This document shows positions 50,761-62,265 of a DNA stretch of 64,000 nucleotides, piece by piece. Every line of letters starts with the position of its first letter. The stretch's first letter is position 1. Origin of the DNA: Basidiobolus meristosporus CBS 931.73 (lineage: Eukaryota > Fungi > Basidiobolomycota); contig MCFE01000421.1 in assembly GCA_002104905.1 (NCBI GenBank), positions 14,144-78,143 on the forward strand. The letters run 5' to 3'. Below the pieces are notes generated by a model that worked only from the letters and a program-made list of their open reading frames with translations, searched no databases and was not told the origin of the DNA. The position numbers and the translations under genes are program-made.

Positions 50761-51681
50761 CAAATTTGTCCCTAGCTAATGGTTTGGTAAATATATCTGC
50801 AATCATTTAATCTGTTGGACAATAAGCTAAGCTTACTAAGTAATTATCTATAGCTTCACATATGAAATGATATCTAATGTATATGTGCTTAGCTCTTGCA
50901 TGAAAAGTTGGATCTCTACCTAGTTGCTTACATCTTTGATCATCTTGAAACAATTTAGTAGAGGCTATTTGGCATAAGTATAGGTCTTTAAAAAGCTTTC
51001 TTAACAACATTGCTACTTTAATAGACTCACAGGCTTCTTTATACTCTGACTCTGTAATAGAAAGTACTATATTTGGTTGCTTTGTTGAGTTCCATAAAAT
51101 TGCTCCTTGACAGTAAAGGAAGGTATATCTTGCAGTGGATCTTTTGTCACCCAAGTTCTTTCCCCAATCTGCATTGGAGTAGCCTACAAGATCCTGTTCT
51201 GAACTTGTATAGGTTTACATACAGCAAATACATGTAGTTCCTCTTAGGTACCAAAAATCTGGTTAACTGCTGCAATATTGTCAGATGCATAGTTCTGATA
51301 ATGCTAGCTGACTACTCCCACTGAATATAAGATATTGGGATGTGCTCCAAGCATGTTACGCATCAGAGTGCCAGCCACAGATTGATAAGGGGGTTCTAGG
51401 CTCTCAAATGGCACCAAGCTTTCTTAACTTGGTTGCGTCTTGACCCAGCTAAGATATGTCTCTATTGGAGTAGCTACTAGTATACAGTCTTCCATTTGGT
51501 CCTTCTCTAGTATATCTTAAATATATTTGAATTTTTTAGGGCAATAGTCAAGGTACTTCTGTCTATGGAGATCTTTATTCTGAAGTAGTACCTGAGCACC
51601 CCTAGATGGTATACTTGGATCTCCAGGCATAGGCTACATGTGTATCTCTCATTATTTCTTGGTTATTGGAGACTTTGATTG

Positions 51682-52027
51682 TGTTGCAATATTCTGAGGA
51701 GTATTGGAGTAATGTGGAGAACTAGAAGATTTATATGTTATTCACTTGTAGATTTATTGATCAAAAGCATGGTAGCATACTTTGGAAAGAGTAGCACAAA
51801 CAAACATGTAGAGTTTGTCAAGGAAGGTTGCAAGAGTATGTGTACAAAAATTGGGGCTTTTGGAAAACTTTGAGAAAGATCATAATCTGGATACATCATA
51901 ATTTGGCAAAAATACTCTAAGTTAATCCCAATAAGAAATTTGGTCAGGAAAGAATGCAAATCAATGAGTAAGATCTATGAGACTAAGTTAGCATGAATGT
52001 TTGGGTGACAACCTAATAATTACAACA
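51682..52027 (-). mobile_element. LTR of a diverged subfamily
   Basis: TGTTGCAATATTCTGAGG...AATTACAACA, colinear with the family LTR and closest to 53960-54307. Confidence 0.8.
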
Positions 52028-53959
52028 CTACCACTCAACAAAATATTCATGAGTAACAAATACATGTTGAGAGTGTGCAATGTGTAATAAGCATATAAGA
52101 TTCAAATGTGTTGCATACTGACAATATATTGTTCAACAGTGTATGCATATGTGTTTGACTTAACTGAGAAGTAACTTATAATTCAATGTGCACATCTACA
52201 GAATCATATGCCTAAAAATCTGATTGATACAATGTAATACTAATCAGCAACTTTGATCAGTTACAAAGGCTTGAATAATGAGCTGAGTCTGATTGTCAGA
52301 TCATAATAATGATATGTAGCCTCTGAGCTATCCATTGTTACTTATTTGAAAAAATTGACCCACTTTGATCAAGTCAAGGTTATGTCATTCATGGCAGATC
52401 TGGAGTTTCCTTATTCCAGGCAACAGTCTAATTCATTTAGCCAACTATACTGCATGTCCATATTAGGCTCATGGTTTGTTACTTCCATCAAATAGATTCT
52501 ATATGAGGTAAAAGAAATGACCTATATTGGGTCAAGTTAAGGTTTTGTCATTTACACCTTATCTGGATTATCTTCATTTCCTGGCACTGTAGCACATTCA
52601 ACATGGCTAAAAAAAAGGTTTTTGCTCAACTCTGAGCTGGGATGGCCTGCTCCCCCTTGAACCATGTCTGTTTAGTGATTCAGATCCACAAAATCAATGA
52701 CAATCTAAAGTGGTTATCTTTGTCTTCCCTAAGTAGTAGTAACTTTCTTTTGACTGACTATTTCATTTGTGGTAGATTCAAAGTCCATTTGCTTCTTGAT
52801 TTACTCAGTTTGGTATCAGAAAGTACCCTAGGTTGTCTGGTTCAATATATAATATAATATCTGATAGATCCTGCTGAATTCTCAAAGCCCTTCTGGGGCT
52901 TCTGGCTTGTGCACTTTGTACAAGAGGCTCCATGGAACATATCTGCAGTGCCAGATACTCCAAATATAGCCTACAGAGATTTGGCTCCATTTGGGAAGTA
53001 CCCTAATTTGTGGTAATAGTATTTCTCCATTTTTCTTCTTTTTCTTTTTCTGCTGATGACCCAAGGTAAATTCCTTTTGTGGGATGGCTTGGGACCTCCT
53101 TACAGGTAGGACCTTGGTATATTTGATCATATAAGTCCACATGAAATCATTTGTTCAGAGTATATGACTATTTAAAACTCATATAATCAAAAGTGGTATC
53201 CACTTAGATCAATCATAACTTTTGATAGAGTTGATGAAATTTGATCAAATGAGCTGTGTTGGAAAGCTTGACTCATCAATGCTTTGGTATCCAAATCCAT
53301 CATATTAGCTTTTTGAGTTGCAGAGCCTGGCAGTGACTTGCTCAGCCACAGTTTGTCTGATCTGATCCAGAGAGTTGAATGTCACCAAGAATTTTCTTCC
53401 ACTGCAATAAGCAATATATATATAGCAAGTATAAGTACTATGTTAGCTACTGAGTGAGTGTTAGCTGTACATTGGTTTCAGTGTCAGAACACTTGGTACA
53501 ACTACAGCATGCCTCTAATGAATTTTGTGGCATATATCTGTACACTAGGTGTATATATATGTAAAATATATCAATAGGACCCTAGCCATTGAGGGAGCTT
53601 GCTTCTGATATCTTCTTCCGGTAATAAATAGCTCAAAACAGCTGTTAACAGCCCCAGTACTTGTACTCACAGCCTTTTTTTCAGCAGCAACAGATTTGGT
53701 TAATTTTTCCTCTGGCAATCATTGACTAATGATATATATTTTTTCTTACAATTCAGGATGATACCCTACCCAAAAGCTCACTCAACAGTCAATTCAGGTC
53801 ATATCAGTACATATAGTAATGTATTTCATTTTAGATCTGGACCTTCAATTGCTGGAATTGCACAATCTTCCTCAGTAATGGTAGAACACCAGCATACTAT
53901 ATTTCTTGACATGTATACATACCAGCTTGATAGACACTCCTCCAAAACTAGCTTAAGTG

Positions 53960-54307
53960 TGTTACAATATTCTGAGGAGTATTGGATGTGTTATGGAGAA
54001 CTAGAGGATTTATTTGTTATTCACTTGTAGATTTATTGAACAAAAGTATGGTATTTATACTTTTGATAAAGTAGAGCAAACAAACATGTAGACTTTGCTA
54101 AGGAAGGTCCCAAGAATATGTGTATAAAGTTTGGGGGCTTTTGGACAACTTTGAGAAAGATCATAATCTGGGTACCTGATAATTTGGTGAAAATATTTTA
54201 AGTAAATCCTGACAAGAAATTTGGTCAGGACAGAATGCTAATCAAAGAATAAGATCTATGTGACTAATTTAGCATGAATATTTTGGTGACAACTTAATAA
54301 TAACAAC
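53960..54307 (-). mobile_element. LTR of a diverged subfamily (second copy)
   Basis: High similarity to 51682-52027; retains AAGGAAGGTCCCAAGAATATGTG. Confidence 0.82.
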
Positions 54308-54351
54308 AAAGTTGTGCATAGAACATTTCAAGCTAAATAACCCCTTCAAGA

Positions 54352-54700
54352 TGTTGTAAAAATTTGTAATTCCACCTAAATATTCACCTAACTTAGTCAC
54401 TTAGATCATTGACCTCAAATCCTAGAGAATACTGACCAAATTCCTTGTCGGGATTTACTTAGAATATTTTCACCAAAATACCAGGTACCCAGAACATGAA
54501 AATTTGATAAGTTGTCCAAACAGCTCCAAACTTTGCACACATGTTCTTGGGACCTCCCTTAACCTATTCTACGTGTTTTTAATGCCAAGACCATGTAAAA
54601 GTATAGATACTACTTTTACATTCAATAAATCATTAAGTGAAAACCACATAATCTACTTGCTTTCCCAATCACTTCCAATATCTCCAAGACTCTTACAACA
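54352..54700 (+). mobile_element. Solo LTR with perfect TSD
   Basis: 349 bp TG...CA; CAAGA at 54347-54351 and 54701-54705. Confidence 0.96.
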
Positions 54701-55739
54701 CAAGATACAGGAGAAATTTGAAAGAATTGGCAAGATTTTACAAAGTATCCACTACCCAAAGTTCCTCTCATGGGCTGCAATCAATATTCATACTCATATG
54801 CAACAACACAAATGCAAGGACTGGATGAGCTGAATATGTACTTATTCAAGTGGACTTCTGAAGTCCTTTCTACCCAGAGTATATTGGAAGCCTTAGAAGT
54901 CATATATTCACATTGTAGAAGTATTCATGCAGAAGTGTATCATCAATGCCAAATTGACACATCTACAGCTTTTATGCAAGAAGTTTGTGACAGGATCTGA
55001 GCACCTACACTACAAGCATAAAGCTGAATATGAGAATCTTTGCTGCTACTGTATCTATTTCCTACTCCATCTTGATTGGTTTGGCAGAATATTGGGTCTT
55101 GCTTTAACATTGGGGAGTTTTCTATGGCCCAGATGTGTAGGGAGATAGGGGGATGGGTCAAGTTATAGGTACTGTCATATTCCAATCTCATCATGACTAT
55201 TACCTTAAGGTCTGTCATTAACATAATAAGTTGTCCTATCAAGGACAGCCCAGAAGAGTTGGAAAATACTGAGAATGAAAGAGCGCATGGAGATACTTAT
55301 GCCTTTGAGATTAAGAAGCTAAGCAGCCCAAATGCATGGCTAATAAGATAAGTAATGCAAAGTTGGGTTGGGTGCAACAAGCAACTAATTTTTAGCAGGA
55401 CAACTCTGCCAGTGTATTCCAGGCTTCTCTTGGTCCCAAGCCAGTTTACACATCATTCAGTACAGATTTCACATAAACAAGAGCCCAAGCACACCTATAA
55501 TGGGCAATAGAGTCCAGCAGGGAGAAGGAATATATTGCTCAAAAACCAAGAAGTTCTTTACATATAATCAGGAGGTACTAATAGCACAAGTGGTGGCAAC
55601 CAAGCATATGTTTGCACAATGTAAATGTTACCATGAATACAAGGTATATGGCAACTTTGCAAGTATCACACTAAAAAGTCATAAAGTTGAGGTGATAGAA
55701 GTATGTCAATTGCTGCAGGTGTGTACATATGTCGAGGTT

Positions 55740-58110
55740 AATAAACAGGAGGCAATAGTTTTTATTTGATTCAAACTATATATAAAATACTCAAGGCAGT
55801 GGTGGGTAAGCAAATAAAGAGCAGTGATTCAACAGTGGTAATATGAATGGTGCAAGAGGAGGTAGAACATGGAAATACCAATTGGTACATTGTTATGGTA
55901 GCACTATACAGTACTAGCTGTAGGCTGCTGTACTCCCATAATAATGCCAACAGAGGTTTGCAATGAGATTGTCAGAACACTGTCAAGTTTCTTGCCATAT
56001 AAGGCAATTAGATGTCTTGTTAGATATTTGGACATATTATAGCTTGTAGGAAGCTAAGGAATTGGGTGTTTAGCAAAAAGCAAAATTGATACATTGCAAT
56101 ATTTAAATATTTTGGAGTGAGAGCAAAGCATACATTTAGACATCAAAAAATTTAGCATATTGGCAGGTATATACAGGGGAAAGTTATATATAGGAGAAAG
56201 CATCAGAATAGGTAAAATAGTCAAGATACTGATCAATGCGCAATGTCATCACATAAGAAGATGCCAACCAAGAGAAATATCTCTGGAGGATTATTAGAGT
56301 ACATAAAGCAAGAAAAGTACTATTCTGAGCAATTAAAGTAAGACTGAGAATGTTCAACAGTAACCATGTCCTACCTCTGTCATCATGGTTGGAATCTTAG
56401 TGCCAGATGGTGCTATAGAGTGCCAGAATGATCTGGGACTATTAGCTGGCTGTCATTATGCAGCACTTTCTAGCAGAACACAACTTATGCCTGTGTTATT
56501 ATCACTACAATTTCTGTTTCACCCATGGCATCTGTATGCTGCACAAGTTTCAGACTACTAATCCCTGAGTTGTTGGATGTACTGTGGCTGCTAGAGCCTT
56601 CCAGAACCCTCTTAGAGTATAATTAGCTCATAGCAATAACATTATTAATCTACTGATGCATGATATCTTCTAGAATCTTCACATTAGTAATAGACCTGGC
56701 AATCAGGAAATGTATATAGAGGAAGTCAATCCCTTCTCAATAAGTCATCCCTTCCACCAGCATATTTTTCCCTTATTGATTAGGGATTGATCACTGCTCC
56801 TACCTTCAACAATTTAACCTCAGACCTGCCATCAAGGAGCTTTTCAGGATAGTGCATAACACACACAGAGGCCTTCAGAGACACTTAGAGCACCTAGGAA
56901 GCTAGAGAAGCAGGAGCTTTTACCATAGCTTTGTATTGATAGATGCAGCAGCAGTTTAGGCCCAGAGGATATTGCACTCATCAAGCACATGATACACCTT
57001 GGGATGTGCAGCTTCTTCCAGGAGCATCTCAACACCATCACAACATCAACCATGGAGAAAAGTGCTATCTCAGTTGGAAAAATATAAAAGGCTCTGAGCT
57101 TAGTATATTGCTGGTGATATGGAATATAACAAATTTGTAGCCAGATTCCAAATAACTAGCCTTTGGGTGAGCCTTAGATGACAATGATGCAGTCCCAAGA
57201 TGATACTCTAGGTATCCAGTGCTTCAACTATTCACTCATTGCTTGGCCAAACACTACATGATATTCCCAATTTATGTTGCTTGCTCTATCTGAAGAAGTA
57301 CTTGTTTGAGCATCAACCCACTTAGTTTGGTGCCCAAAGGATAATTTGCTACAGGGATTGTTGTAAAGGTATATTGTGATTGATGCACTACTTGGCAGTG
57401 GCAATACCAAGTTTCTATACAAGTATATTCAAAATAATCTACAATAGCAAATTTTATGCATATTGCCTCTTGTAATACTAACCTCTTACCTTGCTAATCA
57501 TTTTGGGATGCCAATTTATTAAGAATCCAGGACTTGGGACAATCCTATCCCTAGGCAGCTCCTGGAAATATGCTGAGATAGTGCTCTACATATTTCCTTT
57601 TGATGAAAACAATGATATATCACATTAGATGATGCTGAAATGACATGTGTGCATACCATAAGTGCAACTAATCAAACAAGGCTTTGTGAGGTATACAAAA
57701 CACTGGGACTCTTGATAAGTAGTTCCAAGATTGCAATTTGATGCAATACAAACTTAAATACCAGAATATAGTGTTTTATGGCACTTCAAATGGTGTGCGC
57801 AGCCTAGATTATCAATCGACCTTGCCAAGCAGTGTATTCAATTGCCACACATGGAGAAAGATTTGATGGTATTATGATGGCATTTGTGCAGACATCTGTT
57901 GGCATTGCAATGACAATAAAGCAGCCTACAGCTAGTACTGCATAATGCTAGCATATCAATTTACCAAATGATATTTCCTTATGCTACCTCCCCTTGCACC
58001 ATTCATATACAGTGGTGTAGAATCACCCAACTTATTGCATTACCCACTACTACAATGGTAATTTGACATATAATATGAATCAAAGAAAAATATGGCCTCC
58101 AGCTTACTGT
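55740..58110. repeat. Diverged inverted repeat pair (~55740-56030 and ~57820-58110)
   Basis: CAGTACTAGCTGTAGGCTGCT (~55909) versus AGCAGCCTACAGCTAGTACTG (~57920), plus a shared ATATGAATGGTGCAAGRGGAGGTAG. Confidence 0.75.
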
Positions 58111-58310
58111 TGTATCCAAGAAAAAAGTGCATAAAACACATGTATGATTTATCTGACCCACATGGACATTTGACAGTAGAGTTGCAGAGTTAACAGAGTG
58201 TGACAGGACTAATATCATGGGGATTTAAGTCTGGTAATGATCTAGTACATAGCTAGTTTTGACTATGAAGGCAACAGAGTTGGTTTGCTATGCAGGCTAA
58301 GGTTGGTTCA

Positions 58311-59411
58311 GGGGGAGACATTCACCAACAGGTGAAATCTTTATATCAGCTAAAACAAAGAAGCCAGCACTACTGTTGTAGCTTTGACACAAGAGTGTGT
58401 AGCTGAGGGGAATATGCAGGTACATTAATCAGGAGAGAGGATAGTTCTTCAGTGCTCAAAATATTGTTCAGTGGGAAGGGGGGTAGCAACAGGGGTAAGA
58501 ATGATCAGTCAACAGCATTGATAAGGAGAATATGATAAGGATTAGTATTAGTCATAAATGGAGTGTGCTGATTCAAATATCACTGCCAAATATCTGTCAA
58601 GTTCTTCAGATAGGCCAGCTTGGGTTTATCTGACTGCAAATTATAATGAGCAGACTTCTGGACATCAGAATCTTCCAGTATAATTTTCCAGCAGGAGACA
58701 GGTGTAGTGTGGTGTGTTCTCTTCCAGGCCTTGATCAGTAGGTTGTTGCAGTGGAGAATTCTGAGATCAAATCTGGTTCTAAGGTAGGGAAGTTTGATCA
58801 CATAGGGCTTAAGCCCAAAAGCCCAAGAATAGCAAGTGTATAGGGGCACTCAAACATATGAGGGACAAATGAGGTCATGCACCAGACTGCAAGCTTGTCA
58901 AGCATAGTGTAGTCTCTGGAAGTAAGAGAGAGCAGTGGTAAGCCAAATTCCAGGACAGGGAAGACAAACTGCTTTAGCAGAAGGAGGCAGCTGGGAGCTG
59001 AAGTTGTAGGAGGAGTAACAGCCAGTAGCTTGTGGAGTGCCTGTCTTGCCAGGATAATTCTCTTCTTCAGGTGTGCTCCAGAGTCTAGTCCAGTAGGAAG
59101 GAAAGGAAAGCCAAGATATGTAGCAGAAACCTGAGCAGGTAGAGTGGAGTTCTCCAAGTTGATGGGAGAGCCCAAAGGTACTGTCTTTGCAATGGAAAGC
59201 TGGAGATTATTCTTCTGCAGATACTGGTGGATGGTCTGGGAGTCTTGTTGCACATTGGAGGAGGATATTCTGATGTCATCAGCAAAGAGAGTAACCAGGC
59301 AGTCAGCTGAGAGTCTTGGGAAATCATTCAGGAAGATGGCAAACAGTATAGGACCAAGCACAGAGCCTTGAACCACTCCATTAGGAACTGAGAACACTGG
59401 TGATTGCTCAC
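58311..59411 (-). mobile_element. 5'-truncated, frameshifted proximal copy of the telomeric LINE (3' ~1.1 kb)
   Basis: Aligns to 59434-60540 at an offset of ~1128 bp; ORF 58798..59397 carries QGSVLGP/FADD; same 3' terminus. Confidence 0.95.
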
Positions 59412-59442
59412 TTAGGGTAGGGTTAGAGGGTTAGGGGGGGGG
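59412..59442 (+). repeat. Interstitial variant telomeric repeats plus G9 between the LINE copies
   Basis: TTAGGG TAGGG TTAGAGGG TTA GGGGGGGGG. Confidence 0.92.
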
Positions 59443-59496
59443 AGACAGTCACCAACAGGTGAAATCTTTATTTCAGTTGAAACAAAGAAGCCAGCG

Positions 59497-62265
59497 CTAC
59501 TGTTGTAGCTTTGATACAAGAGTGTGTAGCTGAGGGGAATTTGTAGGTAAGTTAATAAGAAGTGATGATAGTTCTTCTGTGCTCAAGATACTGTTCAGTG
59601 GGAAGGGGGGTAGCAAGAGAGGTAAGAATGACTTGTGAACAACATTAATGAGGGGAATGTGATAAGGATTGATATTCATCATAAAGGGAGTGTGCTGCTG
59701 CAGATATTGCTGCCAAAGGTCTGTCAAGTACTTCAGGTAGGCCAGCTTGGGGCTTTCTGACTGCAGAATAAATTCAGCAAACTTCTTGACTTCAGGATCT
59801 CCAAGTATAGTTCTCCAGCAGGAGTCAGGTGTAGTGTGGTGTGTTCTCTTCCAGGCCTTAATCAGTGGGTTGTTGCAGTTGTGAAGTCTGAGGTATAAGC
59901 TGGTTCTAAGGTAGAGAAGTCTGATCTTATAGGGCATGAACCCAAAAGCACCAAGAATAGCATGTCTGTAGGGGCATTCAGGCAAATGAGGCACCAAGGA
60001 GGTAATGCACCATACTGCAAACTTGTCAAGCTTAGTGCAGTCTCTAGAAGTAAGAGAGAGAAGTGGTAAGCCAAATTCCAGGACAGGGAAGACAAACTGC
60101 TTGAGTAGAAGGAGGCAGCTGGGAGCTGAAGTTGTAGGAGGAGTAACAGCCAGTAGCTTGTGGAGTGCCTGTCTTGCCAGGATAATTCTCTTCTTCAGGT
60201 GTGCTCCAGAGTCTAGTCCAGTAGGAAGGAAAGGAAAGCCAAGATATATAGCAGAAACCTGAGCAGGTAGAGTGGAGTTCTCCAAGTTGATGGGAGAGCC
60301 CAAAGGTACTGTCTTTGCAATGGAAAGCTGGAGATTATTCTTCTGCAGATACTGGTGGATGGTCTGGGAGTCTTGTTGCACATTGGAGGAGGATATTCTG
60401 ATGTCATCAGCAAAGAGAGTAACCAGGCAGTCAGCTGAGAGTCTTGGGAAATCATTCAGGAAGATGGCAAACAGTATAGGACCAAGCACAGAGCCTTGAA
60501 CTACTCCATTAGGATCTGAGAACACAGCTGATTGCTCACTTGGGTGCAGAATTCTTGCGTGTGGATCCAGAAACAGAGACCTGACAAGGAGGGTGAGAGA
60601 GGTACTGGAGAAGCATTGCAACTTGGACCAAAGCAGATTTCTGTCAACTGAATCAAAGGCCTTAGTAATATCAAACAGAACTGAGGGATACTTGCACTGG
60701 AGAGAGTGATCATGGCTAAGTATAACTGCATATTCAAAGGAGAGGCCAGGAACAAAGCCAAACGGTGCAGGATGAAACTTGAGGGAGTCAGAGTAGAGCT
60801 CCTGAGCAAGCAGAAGCTCAAACACCTTTCTGCAGGTGGGCAGCAGAGATATTGGCCTGTAGGAGCTAGGATCCAGGTGCTTTCCTTTGCCCTTGTAGAG
60901 TGGCAGAACATTTGCAAAGGACCATTCCTCAGGAGTAGAAAGCTGGGCTGAGCATTGCTGAAACAGTGGAAGCAGAAGAGCAGAGATGGCCTTGGTACTA
61001 GTCTTCAGAAGCTCATAAGAGATTGTGTCCACACCTGGAGCAGTACAGTTGGGAAGCCTCTTGAGCACATTATGGATTCTCCTTTGATCAAGTGCAAGTG
61101 GGATGGGCAGAGTCTTGAAGTCAGGATGAAAGCCAGGAGTTGAGTACTGCTTTGTAGAGAAGAAGATGTTAGCCAGCTGTTCTGTTGAAGGTAACTTCCT
61201 GGAAGAGGGCCTCATTGCCCTGTAGAGTCTTGATACTGTTCTTGTTATAGAGTTGGAAGATTGCAGAGGCAAAGAACTCATAATATGATCCCAGAGCTGA
61301 GTGTGCAGAGTGTGGTGAATTGCCTTGGAGTGGTGTATGGCTGTCAGGAGGAGTTTCTCTGTTTTTGGGTTAGGGAAACTCAGGTAGCTTTGTTGCAGGG
61401 CTGAAACAATGGATTCCCATTTTCTTGAGGTCACAGCAGTAGTCTTGCATGGCAGTGAGAGGGAGGCAGACACCAGAATCAGATGCTTCACAAAGAGCCA
61501 GGCATAGTTGAGATCATCTGGCAGAGAAAGTAGCAAGCTGGCAAGCTTCAAGTAGTTGCCAAAGTCTTTCTTCTGATTCTTGGTAGCTTTGTGGGTGAGC
61601 ACAGTAAGTTTTGGCAGCTTCTTCTTCACAACTGGTTGCATAGAAAGGGACCAGGCTGGGTGGTCAGAGGCTCTCAAGGATCCTAGCTCAGCTCCAGAGA
61701 ATTGCTTAACTTCATTCACAAAGTAGAGGGCAGCAGCAGAAGGGCAGATCCAGTCAACACATCTTTTCTCAGATTGAGCACCTAGTGCTAGCAGATGGCT
61801 TTCTCTCAGGAAGTTCAGTAGGAATGTAGACCTTGGCTTCATTCTTGCAGTCAGGGTAGTCTTGTTCTCAGGATGGGGAATGTTGAGATCTCCAAGCAAG
61901 ATAATAGGTGTTGATATAGATTGCTGGTATTGCTGAACTTTCTGGCAAACAACTTGCACTTCCTGAAGGGCAAGACTTGGAGGCAGATAGCAGAGCACCA
62001 GACTGATAGTTGGCAACTGGAGAGCAGCACAGTAAGTGGAGTAAAGAGGAACACAGAGCTGAGGAGTATTGATGGTAGAAGAGATGAAGCAGATAGAGGA
62101 GGTATTCTTTGTTCTAGGAGTAGAAAAGCAATATAGATTAGTCAATAGTATAGAGGGTAGCTGGACATCAATCAAACACAGGAGGGAAAATCTTGAAAGA
62201 AGTCTCTCTAGAGTTGGTCTTGATGGCTGTATGCTGTTGCAGTTAAGCAACAGAACTTCAGGTAG
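59497..62265 (-). CDS. ORF2: APE/EEP endonuclease + LINE reverse transcriptase; no N-terminal ATG, no RNase H, no C-terminal CCHC
   Basis: EN: LNCN, YLPP, GDLN, VDWI, SDH. RT: APGVD, YRPISLL, FGFVPG, DITKAFDSV, QGSVLGPILF, FADD, YLG. Confidence 0.95.
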   Translation of the reverse strand, partial: LPEVLLLNCNSIQPSRPTLERLLSRFSLLCLIDVQLPSILLTNLYCFSTPRTKNTSSICFISSTINTPQLCVPLYSTYCAALQLPTISLVLCYLPPSLALQEVQVVCQKVQQYQQSISTPIILLGDLNIPHPENKTTLTARMKPRSTFLLNFLRESHLLALGAQSEKRCVDWICPSAAALYFVNEVKQFSGAELGSLRASDHPAWSLSMQPVVKKKLPKLTVLTHKATKNQKKDFGNYLKLASLLLSLPDDLNYAWLFVKHLILVSASLSLPCKTTAVTSRKWESIVSALQQSYLSFPNPKTEKLLLTAIHHSKAIHHTLHTQLWDHIMSSLPLQSSNSITRTVSRLYRAMRPSSRKLPSTEQLANIFFSTKQYSTPGFHPDFKTLPIPLALDQRRIHNVLKRLPNCTAPGVDTISYELLKTSTKAISALLLPLFQQCSAQLSTPEEWSFANVLPLYKGKGKHLDPSSYRPISLLPTCRKVFELLLAQELYSDSLKFHPAPFGFVPGLSFEYAVILSHDHSLQCKYPSVLFDITKAFDSVDRNLLWSKLQCFSSTSLTLLVRSLFLDPHARILHPSEQSAVFSDPNGVVQGSVLGPILFAIFLNDFPRLSADCLVTLFADDIRISSSNVQQDSQTIHQYLQKNNLQLSIAKTVPLGSPINLENSTLPAQVSAIYLGFPFLPTGLDSGAHLKKRIILARQALHKLLAVTPPTTSAPSCLLLLKQFVFPVLEFGLPLLSLTSRDCTKLDKFAVWCITSLVPHLPECPYRHAILGAFGFMPYKIRLLYLRTSLYLRLHNCNNPLIKAWKRTHHTTPDSCWRTILGDPEVKKFAEFILQSESPKLAYLKYLTDLWQQYLQQHTPFMMNINPYHIPLINVVHKSFLPLLLPPFPLNSILSTEELSSLLINLPTNSPQLHTLVSKLQQ

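Larger units (their letters stand above)
45311..51680 (-). mobile_element. Old degenerate copia copy: RT/RNase H remnant (50352-~51630) plus 3' LTR (45311-45498 and 50191-50351), interrupted twice
   Basis: ORF 50807..51154 is a decayed RNase H (YTFLYCQGAILWNSTKQP). The LTR halves and the RNase H end rejoin after removing the two inserts. Confidence 0.88.

Noticed and set aside
53205-53280. ATAACTTTTTGAT...GAAATTTGATC...GTTGGAAAGC motif reminiscent of DNA-transposon subterminal sequence
   Set aside because: No partner copy, TIR or TSD was found in the window.
56700-56850. Ankyrin-like VKLLKVGAVIN peptide on the minus strand
   Set aside because: A single short match interrupted by stops; not enough to call a pseudogene.
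52030-58300. Expected telomere-linked RecQ helicase or other subtelomeric gene family
   Set aside because: No helicase motifs or long ORFs were seen; the region is decayed and CpG-depleted.
59144-61143. Plus-strand ORFs antisense to LINE ORF2
   Set aside because: Short, without motifs, and duplicated only because of the tandem copy.
61347-61355. GGGTTAGGG inside ORF2
   Set aside because: A single 9-mer encoding FPNP in an open frame; expected by chance.
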